DNA of 64,000 nucleotides from Octopus vulgaris (lineage: Eukaryota): NCBI GenBank assembly GCA_951406725.2, contig OX597817.1:161386001-161450000 (forward strand), given 5' to 3'. How positions within the stretch are numbered: the first letter of the stretch is position 1; every line of letters starts with the position of its first letter. Shown piece by piece: positions 37,252 through 49,939 of this stretch. The notes beneath the pieces are model-generated. The model ran no database searches. It was given only the letters and a program-made list of their open reading frames with translations, and had not been told where the DNA came from. A program made the position numbers and the translations under genes.

Positions 37252-38349
37252 CTCAGGACAAATGCCACAGTAACTGGCCTATCAACAGTGTATATACACT
37301 AAGTATGATTCATAGTGGGGATAAATATTACCTTTTGGTATTATTGCTGCTTCTGCCACTAATAATTATTAATCAGAAAACATATTTGGTATAAAATTTA
37401 AAATGCCATATATGTTTTCTGTATTTTATTAATACTATATATATATATGTATGTGTGTATAAATTAATACTATATATATGTATGTGTGTATAAATTAATA
37501 CTATATATATGCATGTGTGTATAAATCATACATATATATATATCCAAGGATTGGGTTTTATTCAGTAATAGAAGCTGGTTGATTCTTTAATTCTTAATCT
37601 GGATTATTGGGTTCTGTTTGTGCAGTTGTTCAAAGAATTTCTTATGAGGCGAGAATGTTGTTGATTTTGATAAGCTGTTCGTTGGCAGTGGGAAGAGTGA
37701 ATTTCATATATTTAGTAAGATATTAGTATGTATACATACAGACAGACATAAATATTTGTGTATTTTCTTATTCCAAATTCAAACTTCTAATCCCACCAAA
37801 TATTCTGAAGAAATGATTATCCCCCTTGTATTAACTGTATTCTAGGGAACAACATGCACAAACACACACACATGCACACATGAAGTTTTACTATCACTAC
37901 TGCTTTATAGTTGCAACCTTAACTGTTATTTCTGGATATAAGATCCTCACATCTACTTGCACAACATGCAGCCATAAAATAACAGAAACATTATCTGCAC
38001 TTAGTGACGACAGATGTATTTCAAATCTCAGGATATCACATGTCTATTCCATACACAACTGCATCTGTTTCCTTTGCATGCCTTCATTACCCATTTGGAT
38101 CCCTCTCTTAACTGTACGGCTTCCTTACATACCGTTGCATCTCTTACAGCTGGTCTATCTTGCTTTTTACTTTTGTGCAATGCTGCATCACTGAACAATA
38201 TCCACTTTCTGCTTTCATTTTTACAGGACCCCCTGCTTCTTCTTGGACTTGTTTTTTTTTTTTTTTTTTGCTTTTTTTCTTCACAGACACTCACTCACAT
38301 TTCCAGGAATATAGCTCAACCGCTGAGCCAAGACACTCATGACTTACTA

Positions 38350-38401
<52 letters not shown>

Positions 38402-38574
38402 CTCTCTCAAATTACTAAACACCTCTTTCCTTCAGCCTAACCTACAAGACTTTCTTTTTAGTTGTTCTCTGTTCTTTTGTCTTTCATCTGTTATTGTTAA
38501 CGTTGTTCCTATCCTTATTGCTACTAATTCAGCTACTACTACTATTACTATTACTACTACCATCATTATTATTA

Positions 38575-38749
38575 AGGCAGTGAGCTGGCAGAATTGTTTG
38601 AGCATCAGAAAAAATACCTTGCAACATTTTTCCAGCTCTTTACATTTTAAGTTCAAGTTCTGCTGAAGTTGACTTAGTCTTCCATCTTTTTGGGATTGAT
38701 AAAATAAGTACAGGTTGAGTACTGGGGTCCAAAAATTGCTGACCCTATG

Positions 38750-38793
<44 letters not shown>

Positions 38794-39109
38794 CACTGAG
38801 GTCAACTTTGCTTTTCATCCTTTTGGGATCGATAAATTAAGTATCAGCGAGACACTGGGGTGGATGTAATCAACTAGTACCCTCCCCTAAAAATTTCAGG
38901 CCTTGTGCCTTTGATAGAAAGAATTATTATTAAGGCTGAATGAAATGCTTAGTGGTATTTCATCTGCCACTACGTTCTGAGTTCAAATATCGCTGAGGTC
39001 GACTTCACCTTTCATCCTTTCAGGATCAATACATTAAGTACCAGTGAAACACTGGGGTTGATGTAATCAACCAGTGTCCTCGTGCCAAATTTCAGGCCTT
39101 GTGCCTTAA

Positions 39110-39160
<51 letters not shown>

Positions 39161-39470
39161 GGATAGATTAAGGCAGCAAGTTTGACAGAATTGTTAGAGC
39201 ATTGAATAAAATACTGAGTGGCATTTCATCTAGCGCTTAATGTTCTGAGTTCAAATCCCACCAAAATGAACCTTGCCTTTCATCCTTTTGGGGGACCAAC
39301 AAAATACAGTACCAGTTGAACATTGGAGATACTTCAGTGTTCAAATCCTGTCAAGGTTGACTTAGCCTTTCATCCTTTCCGATGTGATGAAATAAGTACC
39401 AAACAAATACTTGGGTTAATTAAATCAAACATGCCTTTGTTCTTAAATCAAACATGCCTTTGTTCCTAAG
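38575..39470 (+). mobile_element. Cluster of SINE family B fragments separated by (ATT)n
   Basis: Several repeats of the GAGTTCAAAT...TTTCATCCTTT..GATAAA..AAGTAC core. Confidence 0.7.
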
Positions 39471-39930
39471 TTAGATACAATCATCATCATCTTGACCACC
39501 ATCGCCATCACCATGATGATGATGATGATGTCAAGAGGCAGAAGTTTGAGAGTGCTTGTCTGACAATCTTGGAGTATTTAGTTATGTCATATTTCATGGT
39601 CTCATCCCAAATCCTGCTGAGGTTGCCTCAGTCTTAGCCTCGGATCCTTCTAGAATTGATGTAATGGTTTCTTGTCTGTTACTGAGATCTAGTAAATTGA
39701 TTTGTGCCGCTCTTCTACTAGTTCATGGTCCTGTTCCAGAGTTTGGAATTTCTGCAACCATCGACTTAATGAGGAACAAACAGAGTTATGGAACAGAGTG
39801 GGAGTGGAGAGGTCTGGGGAGATGGGTTATAGGGGTGGGGATCAACACCGGGGGGGGTTTGGTCTTTGTGTTTATATGGCTGTCAATCAAATACTGAAGT
39901 TTTTTTTTTCACCATTCTTGTCCCTGACAG

Positions 39931-39970
39931 GTTCCAAGGTGGTATTACAAAAGCCTGCAGAATCGGAGAG
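39931..39970 (+). CDS. Candidate 40-nt small exon of the ASAP gene, phase 1 to 2
   Basis: Poly-T/pyrimidine tract, acceptor ctgacag| and donor GAG|gtaaga. Reads (G)SKVVLQKPAESE(R); the frame is restored by the 23-nt exon at 41582. Confidence 0.7.
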
Positions 39971-40019
39971 GTAAGAATTTCCTTTCTTTTGTGTCTTCCT
40001 CCTTTTTCCTCCTCCTCTC

Positions 40020-40052
<33 letters not shown>

Positions 40053-41581
40053 GTCTTCTTTTCTGTTTCAAGCAGCAAAATGATTCTTTTTGATCTCTGA
40101 AATGAAATTACCTGACATAATTAGTTGACTTTGAAACCTGTACAAATCTCTAAACAGCATGCCACTGCATTATAGCGAAAAGTTCCAGCCCCAGCTTTAC
40201 TGGATAAATACTATGTACAGCAGTAACTTGGTTTTAAATATATATATATATATATATATATATAATAAAAGAACATAAATAAAGATGTTGTTCAAATTAC
40301 ACACAGTACATTTCCATAGCATGGTTATTTGCTCATTATTGTACTTGATTACATGATCATGTAACCAGACCGTTTCATCAGGCATTTTAAATAGTTAACA
40401 GGTAAAATTGATCTGAGTACCCTGTTAATCAAATACACACTGGAGTGCTACTGTCAGGATCATTTAAACCCCTTTTTCATTCAAATTAATGATTCACTCA
40501 GTCACAACCCCAAGTTTCTTTCATTCTGCATTTGATCATTTAGGTGACATGATGATGAATAAACTGATAAAGAATTCATGTTTCTGATTCATCAGCTGTG
40601 AATGAAGAGATAAACTCTACTACATGCATTGAGTAATTTCTCCCATGTATACATCCAAATATATAATATATATGTATAATATATAATATATATGTATAGT
40701 TAAGCTGCTGGTCATAAGTTCAAATATTATGAGTGAGTTATCATTATGTATAACACTGCTTCCTCTGATATCCCTCTCTCTTATACTCCTTTCTTCCAAA
40801 GTATCAAATCATACATATTTTCACCCTGTGAAACAGTATTTCATCTTATTGTGTTGTATATAAAATAATGGCCTACATGCACATGCTGTAGTTTTGAATA
40901 ACAATATATATCCCCTATATTGTAAGTACTGTAATAAATATTGTCCTACATGTTTAATGTTGTACAACAATACATATACTATGTAGGATATTGCATAACA
41001 ATAACCCATGTAGTTTTCCTGGAATGTTCTATATATATATATATTGTAAACGGTGTCTGAGTAGAACACTCCATGTAATGTAGTGTTGTGTAACAGAATA
41101 TCCCACATGTTGTAGAGCTGTATAACAGAAGATATCACATGCTGTGTTGTATCCCACATTCTATAGCATATTATTTTAACATGTTTAAATGTAGAATGTA
41201 TTATCTCACGTGTGTATTTTATCTCCATAACATTACATGTCGTATCCAGTAGAATAGACAACACGTTTTAGTTTAATGAAACAAAAATCTTCAACACACA
41301 TTAATGTTAAACTATATGCCATACCCCATATATTATGGAGCTGTTTTAAAAGAATATCCTTCATGTTTATTTATAATCTTATATCTCAGAATATCCACTG
41401 TTTTATCTTTGCACAACATAATGTCTCCCTGTCTCTGCACTGTAACACATTTTATTTGTCTGTTAGCCATTTGCTTGGTGTCATCATTCCTCATATTCTT
41501 CTCCAAAAATATTTTTCTACCACCTTCATTTATTTTCATAACTCTTTTTTTTTTATACTCATGCTTTTTTTTTCTTTAAAG

Positions 41582-41604
41582 ATACTTCCAATATTTTGCA
41601 GATG
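41582..41604 (+). CDS. Candidate 23-nt microexon of the ASAP gene, phase 2 to 1
   Basis: Acceptor tgctttttttttctttaaag| and donor ATG|gttagt. Reads (R)YFQYFAD; 40+23=63 nt keeps the frame. Confidence 0.55.
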
Positions 41605-42075
41605 GTTAGTTTTTGAAATTCTTCTTCACCAAGTGAGGGACGGTGTTCCATGAGGAGATATAACCATTTTTAGTTCTTTAAACTCATCAACACATTTTTC
41701 TTTTTTGTTTTTGTTTCAACAATTCTGGTAGTAAAAAGGGGGGGGGGGGAAACACATTTCAGCTTCAATTTATGTTTTGTATTTCAACTGAAGAACTTGT
41801 AATGTCTGTCTATTATTGGTTAAATTTGTGGTTGTTTTTGTTACACAGCCTATCACTGATCTCAAGTGACTTTTAACAGTTGTGAAAGACCAATGTCAAC
41901 TGTACCATATCTCCCCCCCTCTGTTTCTCTCATATATGTGTGTGTGTGTGTGTGTATATATATATACAGATATAGATATAGATAGCCTGCTTGTTTCTTT
42001 CATTTTGTTCTATCTTTTTTTTCTTTTGCTGAATATATATGCTTGGTGCATCATAGTGAGTTTTCTCCCCTGTAG

Positions 42076-42150
42076 CTACAGGCACATTGTGTTGCATTCA
42101 GAGGGGAGAAGACTCATATTGTGACATGATGCATCTGCAGCGTGCTAAAG
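42076..42150 (+). CDS. Candidate 75-nt symmetric (phase 1-1) exon of the ASAP gene
   Basis: Acceptor ttttctcccctgtag| and a weaker donor AAG|gttaag. Open in phase 1: (A)TGTLCCIQRGEDSYCDMMHLQRAK. Confidence 0.5.
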
Positions 42151-43312
42151 GTTAAGTTTGTGTCAGAAACCTCTCCCTCTTTTTTCTTTCTCTCTCTTTC
42201 TCTCTCTCTCTCTATCTCCATCGTACTGTTAAGGCAGAGAACAAGATTCTGGTACTTGTTTAGCCAAAATGCTTCATGGTTTCTTATTCACCACTGAGTT
42301 GTGAAAGGTGCATACCATTTCTGATCAAACAACTAGAAACTGTTTGCGTGTATTTTTTACTTTGTGTGTGTGTTTGTGTGAACTCAAATATATATTGAAC
42401 ATTATTACCAATATCATCGTTATCTTTCTCTCCATGTGTGAAAGGGTTGTATGTGTTATTTGTCATGCATGTCATATTATCTGTGAGGCCCAACCTTCTC
42501 TGATCTGAAACTCAAATTCTTCTCTGGTCAACACCAGTCTTTCCACTCTCAGCTCTGAAAGCTGTTTTACCCAGTATGCATCATTCAGTCATATTAATCC
42601 TCGAAACCAGCACAGTCATCTCTCCCGCACATAATGTCTTTTGATTCTTTCCCAGTTAATTTTTCATTCCATTGGTTGATGTCAATGAACAGTTTTACTA
42701 TAAGAACCATACCATCGAATCCTGAATTTCCCTATCTGTATTCAATGCTCACCAATGACATTTGAGTTTTACAAGTGACCACTGCTGTCATCATTTTCAA
42801 TGTCTTTGACACATCTTCCACCTCTGTCACTTATTTCTTTATTGCCCACAAGGACCTTATCATAGAGGGGACAAACAAGGACAGACAAAGGGATTAAGTC
42901 AATTACATCGACTCCAGAGTGTAATTGGTACTTAATTTATCAACCCCAATAGGATGAAAGGCAAAGTCGACCTTGGCGGAATTTGAACTCAGAACATAAC
43001 AGCAGACAAAATACCGCTAGACTTTTCGCCGGCATTTTCGCTAGGCTTTTCATTCCTGTATGCTAGGATAAGTCCACCTAGTAGTTGTGAAGATGTGTGG
43101 CTTAGTGGTTAGCATATTTGTCTTGCAGCCCCGATTTTGATTCCTGTCGACATGTTGTGACCTTGAGCAAAACTTTCTATTTCATGTTGATCCAGTCCAC
43201 TCAGCTGGCAAAAATGAGTTATGTCTGTAATTCAAAGGGCCAGTATTGTCACATTCTGTGTCACACTGAATCTCCCTGAGAATTACATTAAGGGTACACA
43301 TGTCTGTGCTGA

Positions 43313-43727
43313 AGGCGGTGAGCTGGCAGAAACGTTAGCACGCTGGGTGAAATGCTTAGCGGTATTTTGTCTGCCATTACGTTCTGAGTTCAAATTCCGG
43401 TGAGATTGACATTGCCTTTCATCCTTTCGGGGTCGATTAAAGAAGTACCACTTACCCACTGGGGTCGATATAATCGACTTAATCTGTTTGTCTGTCCTTG
43501 TTTGTCCCCTCTGTGTTTAGCCCCTTGTGGGTAGTAAAGTAATAGGTATTTCGTCTGCCGTTACATTCTGAGCTCAAATTCCGTCGAGGTTGACTTTGCC
43601 TTTCATCCATTTGGGGTCAATAAATTAAGTATCAGTTACACACTGGGGTCGATATAATCGACTTAATCCCTTTGTCTGTCCTTGTTTGTCCCCTCTATGT
43701 TTAGCCCCTTGTGAGCAATAAAGAAAT
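43313..43727 (+). mobile_element. SINE family B with tandem internal duplication, inserted into an older SINE
   Basis: Two consecutive cores (43313-43545, 43546-43727), flanked by a duplicated TGAGAATTACATTAAGGGTACACATGTCTGT; an inverted family copy lies at 42835-43020. Confidence 0.75.
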
Positions 43728-46192
43728 GAGAATTACATTAAGGGTACACATGTCTGTACTATACTCATCCATTTGCATATTAATTTTATGAGCAGGCTGT
43801 TCTGTTAATCGAATCAGCCGGAATCCTTGTCATCAAAACCAACAGAGTGCCGATTAGACCTACTAGTTGGGATCATTGTTACCTGACCCAAAGGTCATTC
43901 TTTAACATTCTTATACTTATCTTGTCTATTTAGTTTCCCCATTTATTTGTAAACAGCCTGTTGTTGTAGTCTTTGTTCAACTCTCCAGTTAATCCTGATC
44001 AAGCAGATCAATAGTCAAAGACATTCCAGTTATGACCATCCTGTCTGCTTTTTTTAAAAACATAATGTTTACAGGACTGTAATTTGAGGGAGAGTTGACT
44101 TCTATTTCTAAACAGGTTGAATAGAGATACAGAGCAATACTCTGCAACCTTTTTTCACTTGTGGTACATTTATATTTCAAAATTTGGCGACACACCTGAA
44201 CTAAAAAGGTAGCTAAAAGTATAGGGAAAAAAGTTATATTCAGGTTACCCTGTGGCACACCTAGCATCGTTATGTTGCATGCCAGTGTGCCATGGCATAC
44301 CAGTTGTGGAGCACTGATATAGGGGCTCCTTTGTAAGTGATTGTTTGTGTCTGATGAATGTGTGTCTGTGTGCATATATGTATGTTTATTGCTCTGTCTG
44401 TGTATCCTCTTTTCTGACCAGACTTTCTTCCAAGTGTGTACACTTCTTAACATATAGTATCCTTTCATTTTTGTCTATTGTTGGAGGTGAAGGCAACTTG
44501 TCACTATTTGGTTTAGAATCTATCTTCCAACACATGAAAGTGTTTCACACATGAGGTCATCGGCAAAGTTCTCCAGCGCACTTGTTCAGCAATCATCCTC
44601 AGTGCTAAGAGGTTCTTAATTACCATCTGGTTCCAGTTTCTCTTCAAGCATCGTTTTTTTGATTTCTGGTTCTACTGCAGGGCTAACTTCACATGGTCTG
44701 GTTGGTTGGGAGTAGAATCTTTCAGTCTGGCCCAACCTGATGAGATGCCATTTGTGCAGAAACGTTGGTCTTGGAACATGTCCTCAATCCTTTTGTAACC
44801 ATATTCCTTGTTGTCGTTATCATCATCATCATCATCATCATCATCATAATTCAAAGTCCACTTTTCATTCTGGCGTAAGTGGGATGGTTTCACATCCCAC
44901 AAGCTGTAAGCCCACATCAAGCTCCAATGTCAGCTCTGGTATGGTTTCTACAGCTGGATGCCCTTTCTAATGCCAACCACTTTACAGAGTGTACTAGGTG
45001 CTTTTTACATGGCATAAGCTCTAGTGAAGTTGCAGTGTAACTTGCAAGACAAAAGAGCAGGGAAATAAAATGCCAATGTCCAATTAATTTTTGAAATAAT
45101 GAGGACTTTATTAAAATAACTTAGTCATTATTAAGCTCTTGTTTGTAACATAAATTGACATAAAATTTTGAAGTAAAGTTATAATTTACATCACTTTAAA
45201 CTGGGGAGTTTGTATCACAGAACCAGGATTCGTCTTGGGTGAGTTTGTGCCCAAAAAAGGGGGTTTTTAAAAGTGTCTTTTTCTGGGACATTATCACACA
45301 AATGTGTGTGTGTGTGTGTTGGAATGTGTATGTACATGGGTGGTGGGGTTATATTTATGTATATTTGTGTGTGTGTATAAGTGCAATATATGTGTATGTC
45401 ATATATGTTATGGTGATGATGTGTGTGTGTGTGTGTGTGTGTGTGCATGCGCAACCATGTGGTTTCAGGTTCAATACTGCTGTGTGGCACTTTAAGCAAA
45501 TGTCTTCTGCTATTGCCTCTTGTCAATCAATTCCTTCTAATTAAATTTGATAGATGGAAACCCATCATGTATGTGTGTGTGTGTGTGTTGGTTTGTTTGC
45601 ATCCCCATAACTTTGCAACTCAACAAAAGAGACCAATAGAATAAGTATGAAACTTTAAAACATGTACGGGGGTTGAAATGTTCAACTAAACCCTTCAAGG
45701 CAGTGCCCCAGCATGGCCACAGTCCAATGACTGAACAAGTAAAAGACAAAAAGACAACTGATAATCTTTATATTAATGTCACCAAGGAGTTTGCTGAAAG
45801 AATATCTGGTTGCTACACAGATTGGAACAAACTGAATATATCGATTCTCTCCTGCTAACCTTATGTGGCCCCTATTTTAAAGATCACTGGGAAGCGTGTT
45901 GAAGATTTGACTGACCCTTTCTTGCTGGTTCATGTCTAGGTAGCGGTTTGCTGTTTTGTATGGTTCAGTCTTTTTTTTATTTATTTATTTTGTTTTTGTT
46001 CCTGTTGTTGTCGTTGTCATGGTTGTCATAGTGATTTGCCAGTTCAAACATCAGAGATATTCCCCACCCACATCTCAAAAAAAAAGAAAAAGGCAAACTC
46101 AGCTTCGTTATCATTCTAGGAATATTTTGGGGGGTTTTTTTTCCTTCATTTGTTTGGTTTTTTTTTTCTTGATTTTGTTTTCTTGCCCTCAG

Positions 46193-46213
46193 AGAACGGT
46201 ATTCATGTGAAAG
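46193..46213 (+). CDS. Candidate 21-nt symmetric microexon of the ASAP gene
   Basis: Long U-rich tract, acceptor ttcttgccctcag| and donor AAG|gtaagt. Phase 1 reading (E)NGIHVK. Confidence 0.7.
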
Positions 46214-49200
46214 GTAAGTTTGTCATCATCATCGTCATCACCATTATCATCATCATCGTCGTCATCATTGTCATCATCATCATCATCGCCATCGCTGTCG
46301 ACGTTGTAACCAATATTTCTACTATCACCTTAATTAGTAGTACTGCCATTGACACCTGCATGGCTACCACTATCACTAGCGTTACCATCATCATCATCAT
46401 CATCATCATTATTAATTCTTCTATCATCATCATCATCATTATTGTTACCATTTTCAACACCACTATCATTATCATCATCATCATCGTAATCAATTGCACT
46501 GTTGTGTTCACAGTCAGAAGCACCACCACCACCAGCATCAGCAACAGCACCACCGTTACATCATTACCATTACTTTCCACACCATTATCTAAGTGCTACC
46601 CACCACCAATAGTTGCCAGGGATGTATTGACTTCTGTATACAGTCCTGTGTGTTTCTCCTTCATCCTCATTGGCTAAAACCTACAACATGCTGGTCTTTG
46701 TGATTGGTCAGAAACTCTATAAGGAACTGTCAGTGACATCATTGAGATCTGAGGATTTTCTTAGATATCTTTTATGTGATATAAAATAAATAACTGCACC
46801 CTTTTTAAAGCCTAGCCAGGCTCATGGGCCCGGTTTCCCGGTTTATATGGCGTATGTGTTCCCCAGCTGGACGGGACGCCAGTCCATCACAGCATTACTC
46901 ATTTTTGCCAGCTGAGTGGACTGGAGCAACGTGAAATCAAGTGTTTTGCTCAAGAACACAACGCGTCGCCCGGTCCAGGAATGGAAACCACAATCTTACG
47001 ATCATAATGCTGACACCCTAACCACTAAGCCACACACCTCCACTTATGTGATATATCTGGGAAAATTTTCTAGATATCCAACATGGGAATATTGGATGCC
47101 TGCCTCTACTTGAGGGTTGTATGTAGAAGTTGTCATAGTTGTTAGTTGTGGTTTAGCCTCAGGTTAGCATTCCATCCATGACTATCATTTTAATTAATTG
47201 TACTGTCATTGATAGAATTTTTGTATATTTATGACTACATTCTCCAATGTGTCGTTCCATTTTTTTATATATTAGAGTGTGATTCGAGGAAGAAACAGCT
47301 GCTATTTTTAGCATATTAGTTGACTGTGTAAAGAGGTTTTTTATGTAGAAGTAGACAAGGTTTATGTCAGGCCAGGGATCTCATCACAGGCTGATGAGAC
47401 CTGCAACTGGTACCATGTAAACCTGTATTTCCTCTTCCATGGTTGAGTGGTCAGTAACTAAACCAACTCCACCAGTTGAATAGCCTGCCACTCTTATGGA
47501 TAACCAACTGGACTAAAAACAAGACCTGCTGAAGGGCAGATGAGCTCCTAGTGTGCCAATGGCTATTCAGTTGGGGAAGGCAATGGCAAACTAGCCCAAT
47601 ATCTCTGCCAAGAAAACACTATGTGAAAGTCTCAACAAAAGTATTGCTATGGCTTCATCTGATGAGAGGACTTGCACTTAATCATTTAAACTTTCAATGT
47701 AGTGTCAGATATGCACTGCAAAAGGCATATGATACGTGACGACAATGGTGAGTCATTATTACTGTTATTATTTGACACCTTGGACTCCTGAAGACGTGGA
47801 ACTGTCCACAATATGCATTTCATGTTGAATGGCAGTCATCTTAGTTGGTACAGATTAAAAAAGACTGTAGGCATTTGTAGCACATTTGAGCTTTCTGAAG
47901 CTCAGAAGTTCTGTCTCTTCAGGTTTCTATTGTAAAATCTCTTTAGGTTTAGCATTGCTTGCCAATGAAACACTCAACAATTACACAGTATCGCAGCCAT
48001 CTGTGGCAGTGACCCATACATCGAGGTTTATATTTTAAGCCAGTGGAAGGAACTATTGGTGTTGCCTAAGTTTTGGTGTTTTGGGGGTTTTGTTTCATAC
48101 CATTTATGGTAATAGTTAATCCTATAACAAAACAGGATTATGTGCAGCTCCCATTTAACCCTGCTTGAGCAGTCTATATTGTTACATTTTTAGCATTCAG
48201 TTATTCATACGTAAACATATCCATTTGGTATCTGCACACTATGTATATATACAGGTCTGTTATATCATTGTTCTGCTAATTTTTGTTGTGGTGTTGTATG
48301 TGTTTTGCATGCTTGCACATGGCCAAAACTGTTTAAGGTGACTAGTAGTTTGATATCAAAAACAGTTTTAATATTGTACAACAAGGAGGATAATGTTAGT
48401 GAATTATGACAACTGTTTGATGTTTTGAATTTACTGCTGTAGACTTACGTAATTAGCGTAATTAGCGGAAACATGACAGCTCTAATTATCAGCTAACAAC
48501 AATAAGATGGAATCTAAACAAACATCTGGGTCTTGATTATGCCAAAGGTGATATATATGGTTAATTATCTGTAGCTTACAACTGCCTAAAGATAATACTA
48601 AGCCCCAACTAATTCAAAATCCCTTGCATTAATTGGTTTAAATGCAACCATATGATAATTTAGATTATTCAATTTAAAACATGCAATAGAAAATGTAAAA
48701 TTACAAAACTTAATCAAAGAATTATAGTTTTAAACAGATTAAAAACTGATCCTAAAACAAAAACCAGGAGAATCAACTGATGATTTCCAGCTAACATTTA
48801 ATATTCTTGTTGCTGTAATTCTTACAATCAAAAATGACCCAGAATCAGAGTTTATAATATGGATTTATATTTATGAAATTGGTTGTACTCAGATGAAAAT
48901 AAAGAATCTTAAATTGTTTAAGAATTTTACCTAAAATGTCCATCTCAGACATGCTTAGCTTTGTTGCAATGGTGTTGTCAGAATGAAGATTTGATCTTGG
49001 AACAGTAGTACAGCTGGGTTCTAATACAGAAATATTTTATGCTACTAGTAAAGATTTTTGTCAAAAAAAGTTGATTAAGCAACAAGTAACTGAGTGAGAT
49101 CAGGTTTAAAATTATAGCAATTGAGAATCGCCACAGCTTTCTGGGTCCTGTCCTGTAAATGTAAACAGTTAAAATTATGTTCAGCATACCCAGTCCCAGG

Positions 49201-49315
49201 ACACACAAAACATGATGTTGGAAATGAGCTTTAAAATCTTCTAGGAATGGGAATTATGTCTTCATGTTCTAAATGAAGGTATCAATAATTCACCACCAAT
49301 TGTTTTGGTGTAGAA

Positions 49316-49939
49316 TAGTGGTTCTCAACTGGGGTTCATTTGGCCCTTGGGGATCCATATAAAGTTTTGTTGTTAAAATTTATCTCTTTTACTTGTTTCA
49401 GTCATTTGACTGTGGCCATGCTAGAGCACCACCTTTAGTCGAGCACATCGACCCCAGGACTTACTCTTTGTAAGCCTAGTACTTATTCTATCGGTTTCTT
49501 TTGCCGAACCACTAAGTTATGGGGATGTAAACACACCAGCATCGGTTGTCAAGCAATGTTAGGGGGACAAACACAGACACACAAACATATACACACACAT
49601 ACATATATACGACAGGCTTCTTTCAGTTTTCATCTATCAAATCCACTCACAAGGCTTTGGTCAGCCCGAGGTTATAGTAGAAGACACTTGTCCAAGATGC
49701 CATGCAGTGGGACTGAACCCAGAACCATGTGGTTGGTAAGCAAGCTACTTACCACACAGCCACTCCTATGCCTATACAATACACAAAATATTTTTAAAAA
49801 TTTTAAATACAATCCCTACTAAAATCTAATTATAAAAATTCAACAGGATTTTTTAAACATTGAAAGGCTATAAAGGTCTATCCAAGTAAAGTAGGAATCA
49901 AAGTGGTCCATAGGTTAAAAAAATGGTTGAGAACCACTG
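49316..49939. mobile_element. hAT (Charlie-like) MITE with a nested family C SINE (49386-49767, minus strand)
   Basis: TIRs (T/C)AGTGGTTCTCAAC / GTTGAGAACCACTG; 8-bp TSD GTGTAGAA / GTGTTGAA (one mismatch). Confidence 0.8.

Noticed and set aside
38287-38342. Strong acceptor (poly-T, ttcacag) opening DTHSHFQEYSSTAEPRHS-stop in phase 1
   Set aside because: No donor, and it runs straight into microsatellite and SINE sequence; acceptor-like sites are common by chance.
44732-44770. CTGATGA...GAAACGTT hammerhead-like motif
   Set aside because: Helices I and II pair poorly in the required register, and the site lies antisense within a degenerate RTE coding remnant (~44550-44810); probably chance.
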